DNA of 64,000 bases from assembly GCA_035548815.1 (NCBI GenBank), contig DASZSF010000005.1, positions 115,741 to 179,740 on the forward strand, written 5' to 3'. The stretch comes from Minisyncoccota bacterium. GTDB taxonomy: Bacteria; Patescibacteriota; Minisyncoccia; Phycocordibacterales; SBAW01. Below, in pieces: positions 1-9,886 of the stretch; positions within the stretch are counted from its first letter, which is position 1, and each line of letters opens with the position of its first letter. Made by a program: the position numbers and the translations under genes. The notes below the pieces were generated by a model. That model worked only from the letters and a program-made list of their open reading frames with translations, searched no databases and was not told the DNA's origin.

Positions 1-1
1 T

Positions 2-913
2 GCCGACATCGTCGTCATGGCAGGCTATGGACAGTCGGCCGTCGCATTCCTCAACAACTTGGTGGAAGCAGTCAACAAAGCGATTCCGACACAAGATGTG
101 AGTGCCTCTGAAATCTCCGCATCTCAAACATCAATTGGTTCTGCGCGTAGTGAAGTAGTGTCTGCGCTCTCGAGCTTGGCAACTGCAAAGACCTCGTACG
201 ACAATGCAGTTGCGAGCGCAGCGACGGCAAGCAATACGGCAGGGCAAGGCACGACCAACAGCATCAGTGCCGCACAGGCTCAAGTAACGCAGGCGCAAGG
301 CGCGCTTGACGCAGCACGTTCGGCGCTTGAAAAAACGATCATCCGTTCGCCGATTTCGGGCACTATTGTGAGCCTCCCTATCACGCGCGGGGGCTACATC
401 ATGGCTGGCACGCAGGTCGCTGTTGTTTCAAACCCGAGTGCGCTCCAGGTTGAAGCCTACGTCACGCCAAGCGATGCAAAGACCATTGCCGTTGGCGGCG
501 CGGCAGTGATAGGGCAGGGCACAAAAGGTGTCATCGTATCTATCGCGCCAGCGCTTGACCCGACTATTGGTAAAATTTTGATCAAGATCGGTATCCCTGG
601 CAGTCAGGCATCGCTCACTGATGGCGATACGTTGTCTGTAATGCTGACGCGCGCAAATCCGGCACAAGTTAAAAAGACCGATGCACCTGCGGGGGCAATT
701 CTCATCCCTATTGTTGCGGCAAAAATAACGCCGCAAGGCCCTGTTGTCTTCCAAGTTACGGCGTCATCAACGTTGCAAAGCATCCCTGTGACTCTGGGCA
801 CTATTTTGGGCGAGCAGGTCACGGTCTCAAGCGGGCTCGCGCCAGAGATGGTGATAGTAGATGATGCTCGCGGACTTTCAGATGGCGAAACAGTCGTTGT
901 CGACTCGCAATAA
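2..913 (+). CDS. RND efflux periplasmic adaptor (membrane fusion protein), 5'-truncated by window edge
   Basis: Ala-rich coiled coil followed by IRSPISGTI lipoyl-like motif; immediately upstream of an AcrB-family gene; frame open to window start. Confidence 0.85.
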   Translation, partial: ADIVVMAGYGQSAVAFLNNLVEAVNKAIPTQDVSASEISASQTSIGSARSEVVSALSSLATAKTSYDNAVASAATASNTAGQGTTNSISAAQAQVTQAQGALDAARSALEKTIIRSPISGTIVSLPITRGGYIMAGTQVAVVSNPSALQVEAYVTPSDAKTIAVGGAAVIGQGTKGVIVSIAPALDPTIGKILIKIGIPGSQASLTDGDTLSVMLTRANPAQVKKTDAPAGAILIPIVAAKITPQGPVVFQVTASSTLQSIPVTLGTILGEQVTVSSGLAPEMVIVDDARGLSDGETVVVDSQ

Positions 914-919
914 AATAGT

Positions 920-3900
920 ATGTTGTGGTTGTGGAACTTCTTCCTTGAACGTAAACAGTTCAGCTATGTGCTCATAGCGACGCTTGTTATCGCCGGTTTT
1001 TATGCGCTCGCAAAAATTCCAAAAGAAAATGCGCCGTCCATCATCATTCCAAACGGCATTGTAACCGCGGCACTTCCGGGCGCATCTGCTGAAGATATTG
1101 AGCGGCTTGTCACTAACAAGCTCGAAGACCAGATCTCGGGGCTTTCTAACCTAGACACAATTTCCTCAAACTCAAGCGATGGCGTCGCTGTAATAAACGT
1201 GCAGTTTAGCGCATCTGCTGATGTAACCCAGTCCATACAGGACTTGCGTGACGCTGTTGCTAAAGCCGTGCCGAACTTGCCGTCTGATGCGACAACGCCG
1301 CAGGTGAGCAAGGTAGACATTACCAATCAGCCCATTCTTGTTATTTCTATTTCTGGCGACCTGCCGCTGCCAGCATTTTCAGCACTTGGGACAGAAGTAT
1401 CCGATGAGTTGAAAGGCATTCCAGGAGTGTCTGAAGTTGATGTTGCTGGTGTGCCCGACCGCGAAGTTGATGTCATCGTCAGCAAAGAAAAACTCGAGCA
1501 GTACGGCTTGCGTTTGGTGGACATCATCGGCGCTATCTCTTCTGCAAACGCTGCGGCGCCTGCAGGCAGCATTTCGATAAACGGCGTTAACTATACGGTC
1601 AACTTTAAAGGCGGGATTGAAGATCCATCCGAGATCCAAAACATCGCGGTCGGCACCAAAACAGGCGTTCCCATTTATGTGCGTGATATTGCGGTTGTGT
1701 CCGACGGGTTAGCGCCTGCCCGAACATATTCGCGCCTTTCGCTTGCTGGAAAACCGAGCAATCAGGCAATGACGCTCATGGTCTTCAAACAATCTGGAGC
1801 AAGTGTGCAGGGAGTTGCGGATGCGTCAAAGAAAAAAATTGATGAGCTCAAAGCAACATCGCTCAAAGGGCTTGATGTGTTCATTTCGCCCTCAACAGAC
1901 CAGGGCGTGCAGGTTTCAAAACAATTAGGCGACTTGGCTGAAACAGGGCTTGAGACTGTCGTGCTCGTGCTCATTGTGTTGCTTGTAACTATCGGGTGGC
2001 GCGAGTCGGTCGTAGCCGGGCTCGCGATTCCGCTGTCGTTCCTCATCGCTTTCATCGGGCTCTACCTTACAGGCAATACGCTCAACTTTATCTCGCTCTT
2101 CGCGCTCATTTTGGCCGTGGGCATCTTGGTCGACTCAGGAATCGTTGTGACAGAGGCCATCCATGCGCGCCGGCCGCTTCATAAAGACTCTATGGATGCT
2201 GCACGCGCGGCGCTTCGCGACTACGCATGGCCGCTCATTGCAGGCACCATGGCAACAGTGGCTGTGTTCGCGCCGCTCTTCTTTATTTCCGGCATCGTCG
2301 GCAAATTCATTGCTGGCATTCCTTACACGCTCATCTTCGTGCTCTTGGCATCCATCTTCGTAGCGCTCGGCATTGTGCCAATAATCGCAGTGCTCTTTTC
2401 GTCGAGCCAGAAGCGAAATCGTCTGGAGGAAGCACAGGAACGATACACGGAAACTGCAACGCATTGGTACAAAGCAAAGCTGCGCACCATATTGGAAAGC
2501 GCTCGCGCACAGCGTCTCTTTTTGCGCGGCTTGGCTATCCTTTTCGTGCTTTCGCTCGCGCTGCCGTTTACGGGTCTTGTACAGACAACATTTTTCCCGC
2601 AGGATGACCAGGACTTCGTCTATATAAATATTCAAAAGCCGGAAGGCACGACGCTCTCACAGACAGACCTTGCGGTGCGTGAAGTTGAAGAGATCTTGTA
2701 CAAGAACCCTGACATCTCGTCGTTTGAAGCAACCGTAGGACAGAGCTCGGGGCTCACCGGTGCAGGCTCCTCGGGCAGCAATCAAGCGAACATTACCGTC
2801 AACCTGCCGCTTGGCCACAAAAAAACAAGCACTGAAATTTCAAATGAGCTGACAGGGCAGCTCGCGGTCGTGACCGATGCCACCGTGCAGGTGCTTCAGG
2901 CAAACAACGGTCCGTCGTCAGGCGCTCCAGTACAGATCCAGTTCAAGGGAGAAAATCTCGATGATTTAATAGTCGCGGCACAAGCAGGGAAGCGTATGCT
3001 TTCGACCATACCTCACGTGCAGAACATTACTGATACAACGCAGAACAACGGCACTGCGTTCGACCTGACAATAGACCGCGGCAAAGCAACAGCGCTTGGC
3101 CTTTCAACACAAATGGTCGCGCAGACATTGCGCGCGGCAATTCAAGGCACCAAGGCAACGAGCATTACACAGCCGCAAAAAGACATCGACGTCATTGTAA
3201 AGCTCAACCTGAACACTAACTACACCGACCCGTCGGACACATCCCGCACAACAATTGATGCAATAAAGAATCTTTCTATCCAAGGGAACAACGGCCCAGT
3301 GCTTTTGGGTTCTGTGTTGGCCGACACCTTGGGTCAAAGCAACGCAGCAATAGCACATAAAGATAAAGTCCGTATTGAAACAGTATCTGCATATCCTGAC
3401 GACAAGACGACAGCGACTGCGGTTGTTTCCGAATTCCAGAAACGAGAGAGCGAACTCAACCTTCCGCCGGGTGTTACTGTTTCGTACGGTGGTGAAACTG
3501 AAGACGTGAATCAGTCGTTCACCGAAATGTTCATCGCGCTCATTGCGGGGCTCGTGCTGATGTTCATGATTCTCATCATTTCGTTCAACTCTATCCGCCA
3601 CACGCTGCAGCTTTTGCTCATCGTACCGCTGTCGCTCATCGGCGTGCTTGATGGTTTGGCGCTCACCGGCCAGCCAGTGTCGTTTACTTCACTTCTTGGC
3701 ATCATCGCGCTTGGCGGCGTCATCATCAACCACGCCATCATCCTTATGGATTCGATGATCCATCAGTTGCATACGTACCCAGAGAAGTCCCTTGTCGATA
3801 TTGTCGTTGACTCATCCGCAACGCGTTTGCGCCCGATCGTGCTCACAACTATCACGACCGTTGTCGGTATGATTCCACTCGCGCTTTCAAACGCAACCTG

Positions 3901-4030
3901 GGGCCCGCTTGCGTATGCCGTCATGTTCGGCCTGGCCTTCGCTATCTGCCTGACGCTTGTGCTCGTGCCCGTACTCTTCTTCCGCTACTGGACCAACATC
4001 CGCGCGAAAAACGTGGCGGCTTCACGCTAG
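920..4030 (+). CDS. AcrB/AcrD/AcrF-family RND permease
   Basis: 1036 aa, two TM bundles, GILVDSGIVVTE and RLRPIVLTT motifs. Confidence 0.95.
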   Translation: MLWLWNFFLERKQFSYVLIATLVIAGFYALAKIPKENAPSIIIPNGIVTAALPGASAEDIERLVTNKLEDQISGLSNLDTISSNSSDGVAVINVQFSASADVTQSIQDLRDAVAKAVPNLPSDATTPQVSKVDITNQPILVISISGDLPLPAFSALGTEVSDELKGIPGVSEVDVAGVPDREVDVIVSKEKLEQYGLRLVDIIGAISSANAAAPAGSISINGVNYTVNFKGGIEDPSEIQNIAVGTKTGVPIYVRDIAVVSDGLAPARTYSRLSLAGKPSNQAMTLMVFKQSGASVQGVADASKKKIDELKATSLKGLDVFISPSTDQGVQVSKQLGDLAETGLETVVLVLIVLLVTIGWRESVVAGLAIPLSFLIAFIGLYLTGNTLNFISLFALILAVGILVDSGIVVTEAIHARRPLHKDSMDAARAALRDYAWPLIAGTMATVAVFAPLFFISGIVGKFIAGIPYTLIFVLLASIFVALGIVPIIAVLFSSSQKRNRLEEAQERYTETATHWYKAKLRTILESARAQRLFLRGLAILFVLSLALPFTGLVQTTFFPQDDQDFVYINIQKPEGTTLSQTDLAVREVEEILYKNPDISSFEATVGQSSGLTGAGSSGSNQANITVNLPLGHKKTSTEISNELTGQLAVVTDATVQVLQANNGPSSGAPVQIQFKGENLDDLIVAAQAGKRMLSTIPHVQNITDTTQNNGTAFDLTIDRGKATALGLSTQMVAQTLRAAIQGTKATSITQPQKDIDVIVKLNLNTNYTDPSDTSRTTIDAIKNLSIQGNNGPVLLGSVLADTLGQSNAAIAHKDKVRIETVSAYPDDKTTATAVVSEFQKRESELNLPPGVTVSYGGETEDVNQSFTEMFIALIAGLVLMFMILIISFNSIRHTLQLLLIVPLSLIGVLDGLALTGQPVSFTSLLGIIALGGVIINHAIILMDSMIHQLHTYPEKSLVDIVVDSSATRLRPIVLTTITTVVGMIPLALSNATWGPLAYAVMFGLAFAICLTLVLVPVLFFRYWTNIRAKNVAASR

Positions 4031-4072
4031 TGTTGATGACATTTGCGTGAAGGCTCCTATACTAGAAGCAGG

Positions 4073-4672
4073 ATGAATAAGCTACTTGGTATAGCATTAT
4101 TTTTTCTTGCACTTGTGAGTGTGCCTCATCTGTTGAGCGCTGATGATCCTATTCCCACTATTCCCAATGCCGGTACTATTACCGGAACACGTATTGCAAC
4201 GACAACTGCAGCAGTGCAGTCCAAAGCAGAAGTGAAAGCGCCACTTGTGCCGGTGCGCGTGCGCATTCCGGCAATTAAGCTCAACGATAGAATTGTCCCC
4301 GTTGGCAAGACAAAAGACGGCGCCATGGATGTGCCTTCGGGCAACACGAGCGATATTGGGTGGTACAAATATGGCACCACCCCGGGTGACGTGGGCAGTG
4401 CCGTATTTGATGCGCATGTCTTTGCCGCCTTGGCGAATCTCTACAAGCTCAAAGCCGGGGATGACATATACGTCATGATGTCCGACGGCACCGAGCGGCA
4501 CTTTGTCGTTGAGAAAAGTGTCGTCTACAAACTAGCCGACGTGCCTGCGGCAAAACTTTTTGCGCGCGATGACACAGAGCGTTTGAATTTGATTACCTGT
4601 GAGGGCAAGCTTACGCGCGATCATTCAACCTACGACCATCGTCGTGTGGTATACGCAACGCTCGTCCACTAA
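4073..4672 (+). CDS. Class F sortase
   Basis: N-terminal TM, GWY..G..PG..GSAVFDAH, LNLITC and downstream Arg. Confidence 0.9.
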   Translation: MNKLLGIALFFLALVSVPHLLSADDPIPTIPNAGTITGTRIATTTAAVQSKAEVKAPLVPVRVRIPAIKLNDRIVPVGKTKDGAMDVPSGNTSDIGWYKYGTTPGDVGSAVFDAHVFAALANLYKLKAGDDIYVMMSDGTERHFVVEKSVVYKLADVPAAKLFARDDTERLNLITCEGKLTRDHSTYDHRRVVYATLVH

Positions 4673-4929
4673 ACAGTTTTCTTTTGCCGTGCAAGATAGA
4701 GCGTTGCGGCGCCCGCAGCCAGTGCAGCAGCGCCAAGTGCGCTCCATGTTGCTAGTGCGTCACCACCAGCGCCCGTGTTCGGAACGCCTACCGTTGCACC
4801 GGTTGTATCAGTTGTGCTGGTAGTCGTGGTTGTTTGTGCGAGTGCAACACCCGAACCTGCTACAAGTAATGCGAGCGTTGCTGCGGCGCTTCCTGCAATT
4901 GCTTTGTAACGAATGTTTTGAAGAGTCAT
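4669..4929 (-). CDS. Small secreted Thr-rich sortase substrate (VPNTG)
   Basis: Signal peptide, Thr run, VPNTG + hydrophobic helix + RQKK tail; convergent with sortase. Confidence 0.75.
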   Translation of the reverse strand: MTLQNIRYKAIAGSAAATLALLVAGSGVALAQTTTTTSTTDTTGATVGVPNTGAGGDALATWSALGAAALAAGAATLYLARQKKTV

Positions 4930-5067
4930 AGTGATATGTTCTAGCTCGTAAATGAACTCACGTAAGTATATGCACGCACTCCTGTAAGCAGGGTGAGGGA
5001 TGATTGACTCATCCAAAATTCTATTGTTGAGCTTGCTTCATCAAACCTACAGAATTATTATGTACGT

Positions 5068-5673
5068 ATGGATAATGACACGACAAAAAAAACTACTACT
5101 AAAAAAATGGAAGCGATTCCGTATTCTGCAATTGAAAGTGCCGTTGCAGAATTGCCGCCGCGCACCCGCACGCTGCGCTACATCGGTTCTGTAACGCGCA
5201 TGATGAACGAACGCGTGATTGGGCAGATCGAAAAAATGCTCGATAAAAACGCTGGCGAAGAGATCGCTTTGTTTATTACCTCGCCTGGGGGTGCCGCGGG
5301 CGTTGCCATGAGCTTTTATGACACCGTGCGGCACGTTTTAAAGCCAAGGCTCGTAACCATTGGCTCGGGCGAAGTCGACTCGTCAGGGATCATCGTTTTT
5401 TTGGCGGGGATGCGCCGTTTTGTTACGAAACGTACAACATTTTTGTTCCACCCCGCAGGCCGCATGTTTGGTAATCAGCGCTACACAACATCTGAAATGG
5501 CCGCAATGCTTGAAGAAGACCGCTTGAAAGATAAGCATTACGCGAGCGTTGTTGCGGAGAATTCAAAAGGAAAACTCACTGTCGAAGATGTACTCCTCAT
5601 GATGGAGCAACATACCGTTCTTTCTGCGGAAGATTTTGTTGCTGCGGGACTTGCTGATGACATCCTAGAATAG
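5068..5673 (+). CDS. ClpP-like protease subunit
   Basis: LFITSPGG motif, candidate catalytic Ser (VDSSG) and His (FLFHP), GLADDIL end. Confidence 0.8.
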   Translation: MDNDTTKKTTTKKMEAIPYSAIESAVAELPPRTRTLRYIGSVTRMMNERVIGQIEKMLDKNAGEEIALFITSPGGAAGVAMSFYDTVRHVLKPRLVTIGSGEVDSSGIIVFLAGMRRFVTKRTTFLFHPAGRMFGNQRYTTSEMAAMLEEDRLKDKHYASVVAENSKGKLTVEDVLLMMEQHTVLSAEDFVAAGLADDILE

Positions 5674-5753
5674 TCGACTTAACTTTTCCTTAATGTGCAT
5701 GCCGCTACAGTATGCAGGTGGTCGATATTATTGAGCACCTAACGCAAACGTAT

Positions 5754-6005
5754 ATGGAAAACAACAATAATAATCGAAGTGGTCGCGGTTTTGCAGGTAT
5801 GGATCCGGACAAGCAGCGCGAAATTGCAAGCAAAGGCGGCAAAGCCGCACATGAAAAGGGCACAGCGCACGAGTTTGACTCGCAAGAGGCAGCAGAAGCG
5901 GGCGCAAAGGGAGGAAAAGCATCTCACTCAAACGATTCCAACCACAACGGTTCTAACCGTAACCAGGAACGCGACGAGGATGGACGCTTCATGGATGATG
6001 ATTAA
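5754..6005 (+). CDS. KGG-repeat general stress protein (YciG/GsiB-like)
   Basis: GFAGMDPDKQREIASKGG and AHEFDSQEAAEAGAKGG repeats. Confidence 0.85.
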   Translation: MENNNNNRSGRGFAGMDPDKQREIASKGGKAAHEKGTAHEFDSQEAAEAGAKGGKASHSNDSNHNGSNRNQERDEDGRFMDDD

Positions 6006-6030
6006 GACGTTTGAGATTAGGAAACCTGAC

Positions 6031-6058
6031 ACAAAACGCCCCATTCGGGGCGTTTTGT
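6031..6058. terminator. Intrinsic terminator, possibly bidirectional
   Basis: ACAAAACGCCCC-attc-GGGGCGTTTTGT. Confidence 0.75.
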
Positions 6059-6081
6059 AGTATAGTTGATACGGTTTTTCT

Positions 6082-7206
6082 ATGGCAAAAAAAAGCACAA
6101 GCGTCCGCCTAATTGTTATCACGGGCTTAGTTGCGTGCGCTGCAGTCGTGTTGTGTGCTGGGCTTGTATATGCAGGCGGCTACAGCATATTGTTTGCTGT
6201 TCGCTATGGTGGTGCGGGCGATGCAGAAGCGTCGAGCACGCCAACGAACGTTGCTGTCGTGCCAACGCTCGACACGCATGCATATGATGTAAAACTTCTT
6301 CAGCTTGCACATGTCGCAACTTCGTCGCCGTGGTACGAATATTTTTTGACTGGTACTACGACTGCGACAACAACCCTAAAAAAATCTTTGTGGCCGGTTA
6401 AAACGACCTACCCAAACTACGGCGCACTGCTGCCGAACAACCGCATCGTCGCCTACTACGGCAACTTCTACTCCAAAGGCATGGGCGTCTTGGGCGAATA
6501 CCCAGAAGATGTGATGTTGCAGAAATTGAAAGACACGGTTGCGCAATGGCAAGCGGCTGACCCGTCGACTCCTGTTATTCCAGCCATCGACTACATCGAT
6601 GTTACAGCGCAGGGGAGTGCGGGGAAGGACGGCAAGTACCGTTTGCGCATGCCGGACTCACAAATTGATAAAGCGCTGGACCTTGCAAGCAAAGTAAATG
6701 GCATCGTGATTTTGGATATACAGGTGGGCTTGAGCAATTTGCAGTCCGAACTCCCACTTATTGAAAAATACTTGGCAATGCCGAATGTACATTTGGCTAT
6801 CGATCCTGAATTTGCCATGCACAATGACACGCCGCCGGGGCGTGTCATTGGCACGATGAGCTCGGCTGATGTGAACTACGCGGCGAACTTCTTGGCAGAT
6901 TTGGTGAAGAGAAATAATCTCCCGCCAAAGATACTCATCGTCCACCGCTTTACCGAAGAAATGGTAACAGGGTATCAAAACATCAAGCCGTTGTCTGAGG
7001 TACAGATCGTCATGGACATGGACGGCTGGGGCTTTGCCGCAAAGAAAATAAATACTTACAACTCTGTTGTGTATTCAGAGCCCGTGCAGTTTACAGGGTT
7101 CAAGCTCTTCTATAAGAACGACTTGAAGCCTCCAAGCACGGCGATGATGACACCCGAACAAGTGTTGAAGCTCACGCCAGCCCCATCGTTTATCCAATAT
7201 CAATAA
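6082..7206 (+). CDS. Membrane-anchored hypothetical protein
   Basis: N-terminal TM; globular domain with RIVAYYG, HLAIDPEF, MDMDGWG, GFKLFY. Confidence 0.6.
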   Translation: MAKKSTSVRLIVITGLVACAAVVLCAGLVYAGGYSILFAVRYGGAGDAEASSTPTNVAVVPTLDTHAYDVKLLQLAHVATSSPWYEYFLTGTTTATTTLKKSLWPVKTTYPNYGALLPNNRIVAYYGNFYSKGMGVLGEYPEDVMLQKLKDTVAQWQAADPSTPVIPAIDYIDVTAQGSAGKDGKYRLRMPDSQIDKALDLASKVNGIVILDIQVGLSNLQSELPLIEKYLAMPNVHLAIDPEFAMHNDTPPGRVIGTMSSADVNYAANFLADLVKRNNLPPKILIVHRFTEEMVTGYQNIKPLSEVQIVMDMDGWGFAAKKINTYNSVVYSEPVQFTGFKLFYKNDLKPPSTAMMTPEQVLKLTPAPSFIQYQ

Positions 7207-7210
7207 TCCT

Positions 7211-7825
7211 ATGACATACGACACGCTCGCATCTGATGATGCAATTGTAGCAACTATTTCTGCGCTCAAGGAGCGAGGAATCGAAGCTGAAGTAGTGAAT
7301 ACGAGAGGAGACGCGCTCGCGAAAGTGAAAGAACTTATCCCAGCCGGCGCATCTGTTAATAACGGCTCATCCACGACGCTCCAGGAGATAGGTTTGGTAG
7401 ATTATTTGAAGGGTGAAACCCCATGGGTGAACTTGCACGCCAAAGTGCTTGCCGAAAGTGATCCTGCCAAACAGAAGCAACTTCGCCAGGAAGCGTATTT
7501 CGCCGACTACTATTTAGGCAGCGTGCATGCGCTCGCGCAAACAGGGGAGATGGTCATCGCATCCAACACATCAAGCCAGCTTCCACCTCTGCTTACGACA
7601 TCGCAGAATGTTATTCTCGTCGTTAGCACACAAAAGATAATGCCAACACTTAATGAAGCGTTAGCGCGTTTGCGCGAATACGTGGTCCCGCTTGAGGACG
7701 CCCGCATGAAGTCGACAGGCGCCTCAGGTACGATTCTTTCCAAGATTGTTATCTTTGAAAAAGAACCGGCGTTCATGGGACGGAAAGTTTGCGTCATCTT
7801 TATAAAAGAAAAGCTCGGATTCTAA
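7211..7825 (+). CDS. LUD-domain (LutC/YkgG-like) protein
   Basis: GSSTTL.EIG, ADYYLGSVHAL, KIMPTLNEA..R, KEKLGF end. Confidence 0.8.
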   Translation: MTYDTLASDDAIVATISALKERGIEAEVVNTRGDALAKVKELIPAGASVNNGSSTTLQEIGLVDYLKGETPWVNLHAKVLAESDPAKQKQLRQEAYFADYYLGSVHALAQTGEMVIASNTSSQLPPLLTTSQNVILVVSTQKIMPTLNEALARLREYVVPLEDARMKSTGASGTILSKIVIFEKEPAFMGRKVCVIFIKEKLGF

Positions 7826-7869
7826 ACGTAAATTGACAAAAACGGCTCAATATATTATTATGTTGGGCA

Positions 7870-9150
7870 ATGGCGTATCACACCCATGCGCGCTCACATA
7901 CAGGGCGCAAGTTCGGAAAAAAGCCCGCACTGGGGCGTTTTTCTGCTACCCGCCCGCACGGAAGCGGTGGCCGTCCTTCGTTTAAGAAGCGCCCGTTTGG
8001 CGGCGGAAACAGGGGAGGCTCAAAAGGCGGATTCAAAGGAGGTTCCTTCTTTGACCTTTCGCAATTCATCAACAAAGCGGTCATCACTGAAGAAGTCGAG
8101 ACGTTTATCCCGGAACACAAGTTCAGCGACTTCCACATCGAGCCGCGTTTGAAAGAAGCGATTGCAGCGAAGGGCTACATCGCGCCGACTCCCATCCAAG
8201 ACCGCGCAATTCCGCACGTGCTCATAGGGCAGGATGTCGTAGGTATTGCAAACACTGGCACCGGCAAGACGGCAACCTTCCTCATCCCGCTCATCAATAA
8301 AATTTTGAAGAATAAAAACGAGCGCGTGCTCGTCATGGTGCCGACGCGCGAACTTGCGGTGCAAATCGGCGACGAGCTTCGCGGTTTTACGCCGGGGCTT
8401 GGCATCTATGCAGCAATCTGCGTGGGTGGTGCAGGCATTGGCCCGCAAATCGGCGCACTTCGCCGCCGCCCGCAGTTTGTTATCGGTACGCCGGGCCGCC
8501 TTAAAGACTTGATCGAGCGCAAAGCATTGAATCTTTCTACGTTTAACACTGCGGTGCTCGATGAGGCAGATCGCATGCTCGACATGGGCTTCATCAATGA
8601 CATGAAGACCATCCTTGCACTCTTGCCGACGCCGCGCCACACGCTCTTTTTCTCGGCAACGCTTTCGCGCGAAATTGAAGCGCTCATTGGCCAATTCTTG
8701 AAAGAGCCCGTCCGTATATCCGTCAAAACACGTGAGACGTCCGCTTCAATTGATCAGGACGTCGTTCGGGTGCCAAAGGGAGCTGACAAACTTAATGTAT
8801 TGCATGATTTGCTGATCACTCCTGAATTTGAAAAGGTGCTGATCTTCGGCCGCACCAAGCATGGGGTAGAGAAGCTTTCAAAAATCTTGAACCAGCGCGG
8901 CTTTAAGTCGGAATCCATTCATGGCAACAAAACACAGGGCGCCCGCCAGCGCGCACTCGACGCATTTAAGAAAGGCCATATGAATATTTTGGTTGCAACA
9001 GACGTTGCAGCGCGCGGTTTGGATATTTCAGGCGTCTCACACGTCATCAACTACGACCTTCCTGCATCGCGTGAAGACTATGTGCACCGCATCGGCCGTA
9101 CCGGCCGGGCAGGGAAGCGCGGAAAGGCTCTAACCTTTATCGAGGCTTAA
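7870..9150 (+). CDS. DEAD-box RNA helicase
   Basis: PTPIQ, TGTGKT, PTRELA, DEAD, SAT, HRIGRTGR; basic Gly-rich N-terminus. Confidence 0.97.
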   Translation: MAYHTHARSHTGRKFGKKPALGRFSATRPHGSGGRPSFKKRPFGGGNRGGSKGGFKGGSFFDLSQFINKAVITEEVETFIPEHKFSDFHIEPRLKEAIAAKGYIAPTPIQDRAIPHVLIGQDVVGIANTGTGKTATFLIPLINKILKNKNERVLVMVPTRELAVQIGDELRGFTPGLGIYAAICVGGAGIGPQIGALRRRPQFVIGTPGRLKDLIERKALNLSTFNTAVLDEADRMLDMGFINDMKTILALLPTPRHTLFFSATLSREIEALIGQFLKEPVRISVKTRETSASIDQDVVRVPKGADKLNVLHDLLITPEFEKVLIFGRTKHGVEKLSKILNQRGFKSESIHGNKTQGARQRALDAFKKGHMNILVATDVAARGLDISGVSHVINYDLPASREDYVHRIGRTGRAGKRGKALTFIEA

Positions 9151-9174
9151 GCCCTGGCCTTCATCGAAGCATAA
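9127..9174 (+). repeat. Diverged 24-bp tandem duplication of helicase 3' end
   Basis: GCTCTAACCTTTATCGAGGCTTAA followed by GCCCTGGCCTTCATCGAAGCATAA (ALTFIEA* / ALAFIEA*). Confidence 0.8.
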
Positions 9175-9175
9175 T

Positions 9176-9454
9176 ATGAACAAGACAAAGAAGACAAAAT
9201 CAAGGGTCGCGCCAAAGAAGGCCGTGAAGGTGATTGTGAAGAAACCTAGTCTAGCCGAGGTGTCAACAACGCCCCGCCCAAACATGCAGCTTCAAGGTCC
9301 GCATAAAACCTTCCAGCAGGACGGCCACTGGATTGAAAAGCCAAACAAAACCGCCATTCTCATCTGCATCTGCGGCAACCGCTATTTGAAGACGCGTCCT
9401 AAACAAGAAAAATGTTTGCGCTGTGTCTCCGCAACGATGACGCTCCGCCGCTAA
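9176..9454 (+). CDS. Basic hypothetical protein with CxC...CxxC
   Basis: Lys-rich N-terminus, ICICG and CLRC; followed by terminator. Confidence 0.6.
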   Translation: MNKTKKTKSRVAPKKAVKVIVKKPSLAEVSTTPRPNMQLQGPHKTFQQDGHWIEKPNKTAILICICGNRYLKTRPKQEKCLRCVSATMTLRR

Positions 9455-9480
9455 AACTCCCCTACTCTCGGGGAGTTTTT
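9453..9480. terminator. Intrinsic terminator
   Basis: AAAACTCCCC-tactctc-GGGGAGTTTTT. Confidence 0.75.
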
Positions 9481-9524
9481 CGTATCCACACATGTAGAAT
9501 CCTCGAGCTTGCATTATTATGCCC

Positions 9525-9548
9525 AGTACCTTAATATAAAAAGGTACT
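9525..9548. promoter_or_regulatory. Putative PadR operator
   Basis: Perfect inverted repeat AGTACCTT-N8-AAGGTACT just upstream of the padR-like start. Confidence 0.65.
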
Positions 9549-9556
9549 AGAAAACT

Positions 9557-9886
9557 ATGACTAACCAGAATGATTTCAGCGCATTGCGCAAAGGCCTGCT
9601 TGAGCTTGTGGTGCTTAAGGTTATTGCTGCACGCAAGTCGTATGCAGCGGAGATCTTGGCGAAGCTTTCCGGCACCGAATTTGCCACGCAGGAAGGCACG
9701 CTCTACCCCCTGCTTTCCAAACTCCGTCGCGACGGTGCTGTTGACTATGAATGGGTTGAATCAGAGCAAGGCCCGCCGCGAAAATATTATTTTCTGACCG
9801 CGAAGGGCAAAGACCGCAGCGACGAACTCGACACCTATTGGAACACATTACACAAAACAATTAATAATTTGAGCAAAAAATCATGA
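9557..9886 (+). CDS. PadR-family transcriptional regulator
   Basis: LRKGLLE, EGTLYPLLSKL, GPPRKYY.LT..G. Confidence 0.93.
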   Translation: MTNQNDFSALRKGLLELVVLKVIAARKSYAAEILAKLSGTEFATQEGTLYPLLSKLRRDGAVDYEWVESEQGPPRKYYFLTAKGKDRSDELDTYWNTLHKTINNLSKKS

